Of a stretch of DNA of 63,814 nt, positions 10,137 through 19,355 are shown piece by piece. Source of the stretch: Muribaculaceae bacterium (lineage in GTDB: Bacteria > Spirochaetota > Spirochaetia > Sphaerochaetales > Sphaerochaetaceae); NCBI GenBank assembly GCA_963623755.1, contig CAVFNE010000002.1:1-63814 (forward strand). The letters are read 5' to 3'. A model generated the notes under the pieces. It had not been told where the DNA came from and did not search any database. It was given only the letters and a program-made list of their open reading frames with translations. Each line of letters starts with the position of its first letter. The stretch's first letter is position 1. A program made the translations under genes and the position numbers.

Positions 10137-11536
10137 TTTTTATCTCCAATAACTATTGTCTTCTTCAAATTCTCTGCATATTCAATGAGGGAAAGCAGGG
10201 TCTTCTTATCTTCCCCATCTGTATTTAAACTATTTAGTAATTCATTACAAGTGTAGAGGTAGTCGTCGACTGACTGTGCTTCCTTGACAGGAGGGGAGAG
10301 AAGGCGCTGTGCACACCAATTCCTCCATTGCACCTTTTCCTTATCGTTGAGAACCTCCGGCCAATTACGTGCAACGTGGCGCCATACAAGCTTATGGTAT
10401 TTAGGATTATCGAAGGGTGTTGTCTTTTCCCCCATAAGTTTTTCCCTGGGAGAAAGAGACTGTATTTTTTCAAGCTTCTTCTTGTCGTCGCGCGAAAGAA
10501 ACGAGCCGTATATTGAGAGATCGGGGTCGATGTCGGGAGAAGGAGAGTCATATTCTTTTGTAAAGTCTTCGGCCTTGAAAAAGTTGCTTTCGATTACTTT
10601 CTTTGCTTTATCCAATACCTCTTTCTTTGTAAAGCCGAGGCGTTTTTCAGCCTCCGCAGTGAGGGTCGAAAGAGGAGAAACAAACGGGCATTTGTTAATG
10701 GAAAGCCTGTAGATTCCGCTTTCAGGATAGTTCTCGAGGTTGACACATGACGGAATGGGGTAGGTAAGGTCAAAGCAATAGACATCGTTCTTATTGGCGT
10801 AGAAGAGCGGCAGGAGAGGACGTGTTGATCCGCTGGGGGACGCAAACTTTCCTGAGGTGTGGAGAAATGGTGTTTTCTTTGTGCTGTCTATGACTTCTCT
10901 TACCTTGTCCTTCCCTCTATGAGAAAGTGCCCACTCGAAGAGTTTGGGTTGTTTTGTTTTAATGAGTCTGGCAAGGTTGATTGTTGCGTATACGTCAACA
11001 AGAGCGTCATGTGCGCCCGTCTGCTCTATGTTGTTCTCTTCTGTGAGATCTGTCAACTTGAAGGAAGTAAAGCCTTCGCTCGTGGTTTTATTGAAGATTA
11101 TACCCTCCGGGCGTAGGTCCTTTGTTGCCCGGACAAGGTTTATGATATCCCAACGGGAACAGGAGTTTATATATTCCCTTTCATAGGGGTCGTAGAGATT
11201 GCGGTAGAGGGCGTTACGCACACACTCATCGTCAAATTGGATTGTGTTGTAACCCAGTGTGATTGTATTGGGTACTATCATCTCATCTCTCAGCCTTTTT
11301 ATGACTTCCGCTTCCGCAAGCCCCTTCTCATTCACTTCATCCGGGGTTATATGGGTCACAAGGCATGATTCGGGAACGGGAAGGTAATCGGGAGAGAGCT
11401 TCGAGTACATTAAAATCGGTGGCGCTATGATATTAAGGGAGCTGTCTGTCCTGACTGCTGCAACCTCGGCTATTCTGTCATAGCGTGTATTAAGTCCGAA
11501 TGTTTCCAAATCATAGAATAGAAAAGTGTGGCTCAT
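10133..11536 (-). CDS. sbcB: Exodeoxyribonuclease I
   Basis: N-terminal DEDDh exonuclease motif [10 protein letters not shown].., a later HDALVD motif, and a size of 467 aa typical of ExoI. Confidence 0.88.
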   Translation of the reverse strand: MSHTFLFYDLETFGLNTRYDRIAEVAAVRTDSSLNIIAPPILMYSKLSPDYLPVPESCLVTHITPDEVNEKGLAEAEVIKRLRDEMIVPNTITLGYNTIQFDDECVRNALYRNLYDPYEREYINSCSRWDIINLVRATKDLRPEGIIFNKTTSEGFTSFKLTDLTEENNIEQTGAHDALVDVYATINLARLIKTKQPKLFEWALSHRGKDKVREVIDSTKKTPFLHTSGKFASPSGSTRPLLPLFYANKNDVYCFDLTYPIPSCVNLENYPESGIYRLSINKCPFVSPLSTLTAEAEKRLGFTKKEVLDKAKKVIESNFFKAEDFTKEYDSPSPDIDPDLSIYGSFLSRDDKKKLEKIQSLSPREKLMGEKTTPFDNPKYHKLVWRHVARNWPEVLNDKEKVQWRNWCAQRLLSPPVKEAQSVDDYLYTCNELLNSLNTDGEDKKTLLSLIEYAENLKKTIVIGDKK

Positions 11537-11606
11537 AGGACTATTGTAGCAGACAAAATGGTTCTTTGATATTGCTCAAAGAGCAAAAAAAAGTAGACTT
11601 ATTCCT

Positions 11607-12221
11607 ATGAAGAAATTACTTTGTCTCTTTGTCGGCTTATCAGCTTTGTTTTCCCTTTTTGCTTCTCCCTGCTATGAGGAAGTTGAGACGGCGGCGTTTA
11701 CGGCCATACTCTGTCACACATCAATTCCCTCTCTCCCACTCAACGGCGTCACATTCTACGGAGAAGAGGAGAATATAATTCCGGATAAAATCGTATTCGA
11801 CAACTCAGATATGTCGCTCTATCTTGATGCTCTCAATACAAAGCCGAAGATGAACTTTTTTCAGAGTGCACTCTATTCGATAACCCAGAACGGATCGACA
11901 ATGCAGAAGACGAAGAAGAAGCTCCAGGAGAGAGCATATAAGACGGATGAGGTAATAATAAATGGAGAAGCCGATATAACAAGCAACTCCAGTGTAAACA
12001 AACTCGAGTTCATCACCACGGGGAATTTAAGCAGCATCGACGTTGATGTTTATGCAGATTTGGTTATTACAAAAAATGAGGAAAAGTATATAATAAATGG
12101 AACTTTCAACATCAAAGGAGGAAAGGATAAAATACTGACAGTAACATCCTCCAATGTTACCGTTAACGGTATTCCATACGATGTTGAGGTGAAATATAAA
12201 CTGACAAAGGCGGAAACATGA
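11607..12221 (+). CDS. Hypothetical secreted protein/lipoprotein (distant member of the local lipoprotein family)
   Basis: Signal peptide MKKLLCLFVGLSALFSLFASPC. The C-terminus (..VTVNGIPYDVEVKYKL) resembles those of 18684..19349, 19356..19952 and 56101..56784. Confidence 0.6.
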   Translation: MKKLLCLFVGLSALFSLFASPCYEEVETAAFTAILCHTSIPSLPLNGVTFYGEEENIIPDKIVFDNSDMSLYLDALNTKPKMNFFQSALYSITQNGSTMQKTKKKLQERAYKTDEVIINGEADITSNSSVNKLEFITTGNLSSIDVDVYADLVITKNEEKYIINGTFNIKGGKDKILTVTSSNVTVNGIPYDVEVKYKLTKAET

Positions 12222-13504
12222 CACTGAATGATTTTTTAAAAGAACATAGACTCGGTGAAGAGTATATAAACACAGAAGAGGTAATGCACTTTTTCAAGAG
12301 TGAGATGGAGAAGGGCCTTAACGGTGAGGAGAGCTCACTCAAGATGATACCAACCTACGCTGAGGGGCCGGCAACTCTCAAAAACGGGGGCTCGGTAATC
12401 GTAATGGATGCAGGTGGCACAAATTTCCGCTCATGTCTTGTCACTTTCGATGAAGAGGGAAAAGCTGAGATTTCAGATTTCCGCCGCGTCGGCATGCCGG
12501 GAATCGAGAGGGAAGTGAGCGATGACGAGTTCTATTCGACCTTTGCCGATAACATCGAACGCTTCATGGGGAAAAGCGGGAGAATTGGCTTCTGCTTCTC
12601 CTATGCTGCCTCAATAATGGAGAACCATGACGGGGTACCTCTTCTTTTCAGTAAGGAAGTCAAGGCGCCGGGAGTCATCGGAAAGCCACTGATGGAGAAT
12701 ATCCTTTCTGTTCTCTCCTCACGCGGCTACGATACATCTCAAATTAAATGCAGCGTCGTTAACGACACAGTCGCAACTCTACTTGCAGCTAAGGCTGAGG
12801 GTGGGCTTGAAGCATCAGGCTATGTGGGCTTCATCCTCGGGACGGGCACCAATACAGCATATCTCGAGAAGAACGAGAACATAGGGAAAATCAAGCTCTC
12901 GAACGGGGTGCAGATAATCAACACCGAATCGGGTTCGTTGAATCTATCCCCCAGCGACCTCGATGTGGGCTTCAGAAATACAACCATCAACCCCGACCAC
13001 TATCAGATGGAAAAGATGATTAGCGGGGCATATATCGGGCCATTCAGCCACTATGTCATAGCAGAAGGAGTAAAGGAGAATGTCTTCTCACTCGATTTCA
13101 TCTCTCTTTTCTCCTCCCTCAAAACTCTTTCAACCTCAGATGTAGGGGCATTCTTAGGTGCGCCGTACAACAAGAGTAATGCTTTGGGAGCAATTGTCAC
13201 CAACGATAGAGATGCTGTGGCCTTATATACACTTTTGAAAAAGATTGTTGTCCGCGCGGCCAAGCTTACTGCCCTCAATATGGCGGCTTCTGCGCTCAAG
13301 GGCTGTGGTGAGACAAACTCTCCGCTTTATCCGGTTGTTATCAACGCAGATGGAACAACATTCTATAAGCTGCCGTTCCTCGAAAGATACACACGCACAT
13401 TCCTTGACTCGATTCTCGAAAAGGAGCACGGTGTATTCTACAGGATTGTTGCTATTGACTCGTCTCCGATAATCGGTGCTGCAATATCGGCACTTGCTCT
13501 ATGA
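12218..13504 (+). CDS. Hexokinase-family sugar kinase
   Basis: LKMIPTY.., the VMDAGGTNFRSCLV phosphate-1 motif, GFILGTGTN, and the ASKHA fold pattern. Confidence 0.85.
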   Translation: MTLNDFLKEHRLGEEYINTEEVMHFFKSEMEKGLNGEESSLKMIPTYAEGPATLKNGGSVIVMDAGGTNFRSCLVTFDEEGKAEISDFRRVGMPGIEREVSDDEFYSTFADNIERFMGKSGRIGFCFSYAASIMENHDGVPLLFSKEVKAPGVIGKPLMENILSVLSSRGYDTSQIKCSVVNDTVATLLAAKAEGGLEASGYVGFILGTGTNTAYLEKNENIGKIKLSNGVQIINTESGSLNLSPSDLDVGFRNTTINPDHYQMEKMISGAYIGPFSHYVIAEGVKENVFSLDFISLFSSLKTLSTSDVGAFLGAPYNKSNALGAIVTNDRDAVALYTLLKKIVVRAAKLTALNMAASALKGCGETNSPLYPVVINADGTTFYKLPFLERYTRTFLDSILEKEHGVFYRIVAIDSSPIIGAAISALAL

Positions 13505-14076
13505 GTAGAATTCTTTTAGTAGCATCCGACCCCAATGAGATTAAGGGACTTGACGGCCCCTGGGATAAAGCTGTATGCGGTGTGGGACCTGTAAATGCCG
13601 CGGCATACACTGCAATTAATGCCCTTAAGTACAAAAGCGAAATTGTTGTCTCTGTCGGCTCATGTGGCTCACTCGGCATCATAGGACGGGGGGATGTTGT
13701 CTCATTCTCAACTGTTGTCACTCCTGACCAGGACCTAAGTGCTGTACACCTTTCACTTGGTACTACCATAGGACCGGACAGGGCTACATTCAAAGAGCTC
13801 TACACTCTCGATAAGACAAGCCCGTATATCCTCTATAGCTCCGGGACATTCAGTAGCGCAGTTCTTCCATCCCACACTGCTCTCAAGGCCGACTGTGCAG
13901 ATATGGAGGCATATGGGGTAGCTGTGGCATGCAGAGCCCTTAACATCGGATTTTATGCCGTGAAAATAGTTACAGATATTGTGGGTGAGAAGGTGAAAAT
14001 CGGGGACGTAAATGCTTTTTACAGAGAGGGAAGGGCAAGACTGGGGGAAGTTTTGTCTTCGATGTTTCTTTCCTGA
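13501..14076 (+). CDS. PNP/UDP-1 family nucleosidase (MTA/SAH-nucleosidase-like)
   Basis: GVGPVNAA.., SVGSCGSL and the DMEAYGVA motif. The start overlaps the hexokinase stop (ATGA). Confidence 0.65.
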   Translation: MSRILLVASDPNEIKGLDGPWDKAVCGVGPVNAAAYTAINALKYKSEIVVSVGSCGSLGIIGRGDVVSFSTVVTPDQDLSAVHLSLGTTIGPDRATFKELYTLDKTSPYILYSSGTFSSAVLPSHTALKADCADMEAYGVAVACRALNIGFYAVKIVTDIVGEKVKIGDVNAFYREGRARLGEVLSSMFLS

Positions 14077-15221
14077 TACTCTTTCTCGTTATCGAGTTTA
14101 AGTTTCTCCGGCACTCTGTTTTCATTGATCATATTATCCAGAAAGGAGATGATATTCCCCTTATCTTTCTCCCATATACTCTCTGCAGCCGACATGAGAG
14201 TATCTATTGCCTCCGATGATGTGTCATCAAGCTTGATAGGCTTTGAGATAACATCCTCCCAGACTCTCAATACAGATACCTTTTCTATGTTTTGGACTCC
14301 TTCAAGGCTTATTGCCATATTTGCCGAGCTGTATGCCCTCATCAACGGGCCCATCCAGTCGAATGTGTGAGATATGTCGTCCGATGACATATGAAACGGC
14401 GTTGATGCTGTCGAGAGCGAGAGGATTCTGTATTCGTCAGCATCAGGGTAAAGCTTACGCGCTTCGATGAATGCGGCAAGGATGGGATTATTTGCAATAA
14501 TTCCACCGTCGATGAGCGTGAGCTCCTCTTCAGTTTTTCTATCAATAAACTTTGCAGGCGCGAAGTATGTGGGGGCGGCGGAGGATGCACGTGCTGCTTC
14601 TCTGACGAGAAAACCATGGCTGTCCCAGCTCTTGAATATGAATTTTTCCCCGTTTGTGACATTGTATGAGACAGCCATTGTAGGGACTGCTGCCTCCTCG
14701 AGTGGAACATCGCCGTAGAGGGAGGAGAGAAATTCTTCATAGGGCTCTATTTCATACTTATCGGAGAAAAGCCTGCTGATGGTGTTCATGACTTTCATGA
14801 GGCCCCGGCGTTCCTTGGTGAGAAATATCTTTTTGCCATTATCCTTATAGAGGGAGACGAAGTTCTCCGGAGAGGCGAGGAACGGAATATGTCCCAGCTC
14901 CTCTGTATATTCTTTTTTGAATATGCGCCCTGTTGTGTATTTGTGGTGGACGGTGAATTTCTCCCTTTTCTCACGCTCGAAGGATGTGCCTTCAACAGGC
15001 GCTGTAAGGCCGAGGGAAATTAATGCTCCTGTGCTTGTTCCTGCAATCAAATCGAAGTAGGAATAGAGCGGACGGTCTTTTTTCTTTCTTAACTCTTCGT
15101 TCATTTTCTGGAGAATATAGGCTGGGACAATTCCTCTCATTCCTCCACCATCGATGGTGAGGATATATTTTATGTCCTTTATTTCCTCTTCTTTCTTCTT
15201 CGGCAGAAAATTAAAACGCAT
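14019..15221 (-). CDS. Patatin-like phospholipase
   Basis: DGGGMRG oxyanion motif, GTSTGA nucleophile motif and the DGG catalytic Asp motif. Confidence 0.9.
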   Translation of the reverse strand: MRFNFLPKKKEEEIKDIKYILTIDGGGMRGIVPAYILQKMNEELRKKKDRPLYSYFDLIAGTSTGALISLGLTAPVEGTSFEREKREKFTVHHKYTTGRIFKKEYTEELGHIPFLASPENFVSLYKDNGKKIFLTKERRGLMKVMNTISRLFSDKYEIEPYEEFLSSLYGDVPLEEAAVPTMAVSYNVTNGEKFIFKSWDSHGFLVREAARASSAAPTYFAPAKFIDRKTEEELTLIDGGIIANNPILAAFIEARKLYPDADEYRILSLSTASTPFHMSSDDISHTFDWMGPLMRAYSSANMAISLEGVQNIEKVSVLRVWEDVISKPIKLDDTSSEAIDTLMSAAESIWEKDKGNIISFLDNMINENRVPEKLKLDNEKEYQERNIEDKTSPSLALPSL

Positions 15222-15282
15222 GAGATAAAGATAGTCAAAGAGGGTGGTTTTTTCAAGCTTGATATTCGATTATAATCGCCAT

Positions 15283-16239
15283 ATGAGAGAAAGTGATTAT
15301 TACTCTTCGTGTACCCTCTGCCCCAATCTCTGCCGGGTAGACAGAACACATTCGGGCGAAGGAAGATGCAGGGCGGGAAATAAGGTTAAGATTGCATGGT
15401 CGGGCCTTCACAGGGGAGAAGAGCCGCCGCTTGTGGGAGAGAAAGGCTCGGGAATGGTATTCTTCTCTGGGTGTCCGTTACATTGCGCATATTGCCAGAA
15501 CAGACAGATTTCCGGCTCGGACGGCGAGAATTGGGGAGTAGAGATAACAGACGAAGAGCTTTCCTCTCTATTTCTCGACCTCGAGAGGATGGGAGCGAGA
15601 ACACTCAATCTTGTAACCGGTACTCACTTCATCCCGTCAATCGTCAATGCTCTGGAAAGTGCAAAGGAAAAGGGGTTCTCTCTTCCTGTTGTATGGAACA
15701 GCTCGGGATACGAAAGAGTAGAGGCACTCGAGCTCATAGATAAATACATTGATTTATACCTACTCGACTGCAAGAGTCTTTCGCGTCATGTCTCGTCACG
15801 TTTCTGTGGCCTATCTCGCTACGTCGACGTAATTGTTCCCGTAATGGATTGGATAAAAGAAAAAAAGCCTCATACCGATCTCGATAAGATAAAAGGCACA
15901 ATCTTGAGACACTTAGTCTTTCCCGGGACTGTCAATCACTCGATGAAATTTTTAGAGTTCTTTGCCCGTCGCTATAAGGATAACTTCTATCTCTCACTCA
16001 TGAGTCAATTCGTCCCTCCAAAGGAAGACGAAACAATCACGCCAATCAGCGACGAAGAGTACGCACTTCTTGTGGACAAAGTAGAAGTGGAGGGAATAGA
16101 GGACGGCTTTATACAGGAAAAGAGCGAGGATGACATACTCTGGATTCCGGACTTCACGCTAGATGTACCGTTTCCCCCGTCATTCGCCGACCCCAGTCCT
16201 TATTTTCTTTCTTTAAAGCGGAAAGCACTCAAGGCTTGA
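15283..16239 (+). CDS. Radical SAM protein (PflX/pyruvate formate-lyase-activase-related)
   Basis: CPLHCAYCQN radical-SAM cluster motif. The track start is GTG at 15244; ATG 15283 sits 6 nt after a TATAAT box, so the start is uncertain. Confidence 0.8.
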   Translation: MRESDYYSSCTLCPNLCRVDRTHSGEGRCRAGNKVKIAWSGLHRGEEPPLVGEKGSGMVFFSGCPLHCAYCQNRQISGSDGENWGVEITDEELSSLFLDLERMGARTLNLVTGTHFIPSIVNALESAKEKGFSLPVVWNSSGYERVEALELIDKYIDLYLLDCKSLSRHVSSRFCGLSRYVDVIVPVMDWIKEKKPHTDLDKIKGTILRHLVFPGTVNHSMKFLEFFARRYKDNFYLSLMSQFVPPKEDETITPISDEEYALLVDKVEVEGIEDGFIQEKSEDDILWIPDFTLDVPFPPSFADPSPYFLSLKRKALKA

Positions 16240-16918
16240 TTATAGTTCCTTCGAACTTATCACCTTTCAAAATCGAAATCGTGTTCTCGATATTTCTGCC
16301 GTCTGCACATATAACGGAGAGTTCCGCTTCATCTGCGAGGCGAGATGCAATCGGGTCGAATGGTGCGTTGAGCCCCGGCTTCCACTCATCTCCGACCATC
16401 TGGCGGAAGTGACGCCATGAAATCTGGTCGATAGGCTGGGCGTTTGGATTTTTCCTCGGGTCATCTGTATAGACCTTCTTTATGTTGGATAGGTTGATTA
16501 TCCTCTTCCCTCCGAAACGTTTTGCCAGGTACACAGCATCGGTGTCTGTAGAGAATCCCGGTTTCCAGCCTGAAGCAACAAGAATGCGTGAATTAAATTC
16601 AATTTCACCAGTCGGATTTGTAACAACGGGGGATGAAGTGTAGGACGAAAAGATTGCTCTCACAAGCTCAGCGTTGAGATATGTTGCCTTGATTCCTATC
16701 CAATCCTCTTCGTCTCCACTCGAAGTGCCGTTAACTTCCCTGAATGCCGATTGATATACCCTTGCCGGTGAACCGCCACCGCAGACAAAGATAAGCCTCT
16801 CGTCCTTATTTTCCTCTAAAAAGGAGACAATCGCATCTTTGAACTTCTTTAAAAACAGTGTATCGACTTTGTCAGGCGCAATAATTGATCCGCCGACTGA
16901 AAGAACTGTTAAACTCAT
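16229..16918 (-). CDS. Amino-acid-kinase-fold protein, archaeal-type UMP kinase-like
   Basis: LSVGGSII.. N-terminus and the VCGGGSPAR motif, in 229 aa. Confidence 0.65.
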   Translation of the reverse strand: MSLTVLSVGGSIIAPDKVDTLFLKKFKDAIVSFLEENKDERLIFVCGGGSPARVYQSAFREVNGTSSGDEEDWIGIKATYLNAELVRAIFSSYTSSPVVTNPTGEIEFNSRILVASGWKPGFSTDTDAVYLAKRFGGKRIINLSNIKKVYTDDPRKNPNAQPIDQISWRHFRQMVGDEWKPGLNAPFDPIASRLADEAELSVICADGRNIENTISILKGDKFEGTIIKP

Positions 16919-16967
16919 ATATAACTCCTTGCTTCTAGAATAGCATATCTGCCTCTTGAGTGCACTT

Positions 16968-17312
16968 TTATTCTGCTTCTATTTCCAGAATGTTTATCTC
17001 GTTTCCCGTCTTGAGCTCGGTTTCTCTCGAGCCGCAATAGGGGCACGTAATACCCTGCGGCACCGTGTCGTACTCCCTGTGGCAGTTATTGCATACGGTG
17101 ACGGCATGGATGGGCCTTATTTCGAGAGTGGTATCACCGAAGAGGGGGCGTTTCTTTACCGCCCAGTCAAAACACGGAGTAACGTACTCCGGGATGACGG
17201 TAGAAACTTCCCCGATTTCAAGCGTCACTCTCTTTATGTGGCTCAAACTATTCTCCACGGCCAATTCTTCCAGTTTATCCAATATTGAGAATACTATTCC
17301 TAATTCATGCAT
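16968..17312 (-). CDS. hypA: Hydrogenase/urease nickel-incorporation protein HypA
   Basis: MHELGI N-terminus (Ni site) and two CxxC pairs (CNNC.., CPYCGS); GGAGGCGGGG SD. Confidence 0.9.
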   Translation of the reverse strand: MHELGIVFSILDKLEELAVENSLSHIKRVTLEIGEVSTVIPEYVTPCFDWAVKKRPLFGDTTLEIRPIHAVTVCNNCHREYDTVPQGITCPYCGSRETELKTGNEINILEIEAE

Positions 17313-17586
17313 TTTTTGTTCCCCGCCTCCATCAATACTTCAGCACAGAGGAGATTGAGCAAAGGAAAAATATAATTCTTGTCTTTCTTTGCGCTCTCCC
17401 AATTAGCACATAAGCCATTTTCTATAGAGCCTTCTCCTGGTGATTTTCCCGGCGCCTCTCTTCTTCAGATTAAATCCAGCTTTACCGGCTTTCTGATATC
17501 CTCTTGAGGCTGTATCTGCCATCTCGCTCTCAGAAATCAATACTCAGGGGCCTTTTCATTCTCCTTACTCCGGCCATCTTTCTCCT

Positions 17587-18309
17587 TTACTCAGCCTTCC
17601 ATTTTCCGATCTCTTTTTTCAGCCAGGATATAAGCTCCGGTATGCCGTCTCCTCTCTTTGCGGAGATTGGAAAGACGGGGGGATTTTTCTTGTTTCTTTC
17701 CCTTATATAACCCTTACATCTCTCGATATCGAAATCGAAGAAGGATGCGGCATCTATCTTGTTGATGATTACTGCATCGACCGTGCTGAACATCAAAGGG
17801 TATTTTAATGGCTTATCATCGCCCTCTGGAACCGAAAGGATCATGACATTCTTCACCGCCCCAGTGTCGAATTCTGCCGGGCAGATAAGGTTTCCTACAT
17901 TCTCGAGTGTGACGAAATCGAGGTCATCTATTCCTATTCCTTCAAGGCCTTGCCGTGTCATTGCTGCATCAAGGTGGCACATGCCTCCTGTGTGGAGCTG
18001 GATGGACTTGACTCCCAGTTCTTTTATCCTGACGGCATCAACATCGCTGTCGATATCTGCTTCCATTACCCCGATTCTGTATTCGTCCTTCATTTCTTTG
18101 ATGATACGGGTCAGGGTTGTTGTCTTTCCCGAGCCTGGGGATGACATCAAATTCATGAGAAAGACACCTTTCTCCTTGAGTTCAGAGCGCAGTGTATCTG
18201 CCGCCTTATTGTTGTCTCTAAAGACACTTTCCTTTACCAGGAGTACACGTACTTTATTATCTTTATCCATAATTATTTTATTTTTCCTCTCTTTGTTATT
18301 ATCACCCAA
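17587..18309 (-). CDS. hypB: Nickel-dependent GTPase HypB
   Basis: SSPGSGKTT P-loop, the ENVGNLICP metal/GTPase motif and NKID. The track start is TTG, and an internal ATG (MDKDNK) is possible. Confidence 0.88.
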   Translation of the reverse strand: MGDNNKERKNKIIMDKDNKVRVLLVKESVFRDNNKAADTLRSELKEKGVFLMNLMSSPGSGKTTTLTRIIKEMKDEYRIGVMEADIDSDVDAVRIKELGVKSIQLHTGGMCHLDAAMTRQGLEGIGIDDLDFVTLENVGNLICPAEFDTGAVKNVMILSVPEGDDKPLKYPLMFSTVDAVIINKIDAASFFDFDIERCKGYIRERNKKNPPVFPISAKRGDGIPELISWLKKEIGKWKAE

Positions 18310-18375
18310 AAAGGGAAATTAACAAAAGATAAATTTTATGTGATAAATTATTTTTAACAGAACACGACTGTACAT

Positions 18376-18564
18376 TTATTCCTGAAATGTTATACCTGTG
18401 GAATTAAGGGTAGCAAGAGCGTTGTATGCCTTCTCATAAACTCCTTTTGAGGAACAAACCGCGACGGATTGAGTCATAGACTGCCAGTAGTCTGTTGTTA
18501 TTTCCTTCTCTGCTTTGTCTACGGCAACAATTGAGTCATTCTTCAACTCTCCGTCCTTTTTCAT
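18376..18564 (-). pseudogene. Truncated relic of a third tandem lipoprotein paralogue (N-terminal part only, no signal peptide)
   Basis: ..DKAEKEITTDYWQSMTQ..KGVYEKAYNALATLN aligns by eye with CEKDRSEEVIAAYSDFIT..TRAYNALLEL of 19356..19952. It is only about 60 codons long and has no lipobox. Confidence 0.4.
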
Positions 18565-18683
18565 AAGATAAGTTAACCTGGATTGGATAATAATAAGAGA
18601 TGTGTCGGATTTCAGAGAATATCGAATTGATGAGATCCTGCGCCGGAAACGTAAAAAGGGCCCCGTTTTGCGCCTTTATCTGC

Positions 18684-19349
18684 TCATAGATTCTTCTTGG
18701 GGCCGTTGATAAGACGCAGGTCAACACTCTCTCCTTCGATTCTTACATCGGTGTATTCCCCCATGACTGAATCATACCTGAGGTATAAATCTCTGTATGT
18801 AACACCATTGAGTGTGAGAGAGGAAATGCTGTCTGTTCTTACGCCGTTTGTATATGAGTGTTCAAGTTTCATCGAGGCAGTGAAAACAGTTTCTATAGGC
18901 TCAAAATTAAGTTTGTCTCCATTTTTATCACATATGTTATATGTAAAGTTGACTTTTACATCCGACAATGTATATTCATAAACCTCATCATCGGTAATGG
19001 TTCCGTTAAGAGTTCCGGAGTCTACTGTGGTACTTACAATTTCAACAGATTTCACATCATCAGAGAGCCCGTATTCTCTCCAAAGGTTTCCTCTATTATT
19101 TTTAAAGGCTGTACTGATATGACAGAGCATATCTTTAAAAGTCTCATTACTTATGTCTGCCTCAACTTTCCCCTTGGGAAATTTGGAGGTGTAGGAAGTC
19201 ATTAAATTTGTGTTGATGGTGTACACATTTCTGCTTTCAACATAATCCTCATAGTTCTTTATGATCTCCTCACTTTTGTCTTTCCGGCACGAAACAAATG
19301 AGAAAACAACTAAAACAACCGATAGTATTATTAAAACCTTTTTCATCAT
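18684..19349 (-). CDS. Lipoprotein, paralogous family member
   Basis: Signal plus lipobox (VVFSFVSC); the C-terminus LTLNGVTYRDLYLRYD..VDLRLIN is shared with its neighbour. Confidence 0.7.
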   Translation of the reverse strand: MMKKVLIILSVVLVVFSFVSCRKDKSEEIIKNYEDYVESRNVYTINTNLMTSYTSKFPKGKVEADISNETFKDMLCHISTAFKNNRGNLWREYGLSDDVKSVEIVSTTVDSGTLNGTITDDEVYEYTLSDVKVNFTYNICDKNGDKLNFEPIETVFTASMKLEHSYTNGVRTDSISSLTLNGVTYRDLYLRYDSVMGEYTDVRIEGESVDLRLINGPKKNL

Positions 19350-19355
19350 TTCATC

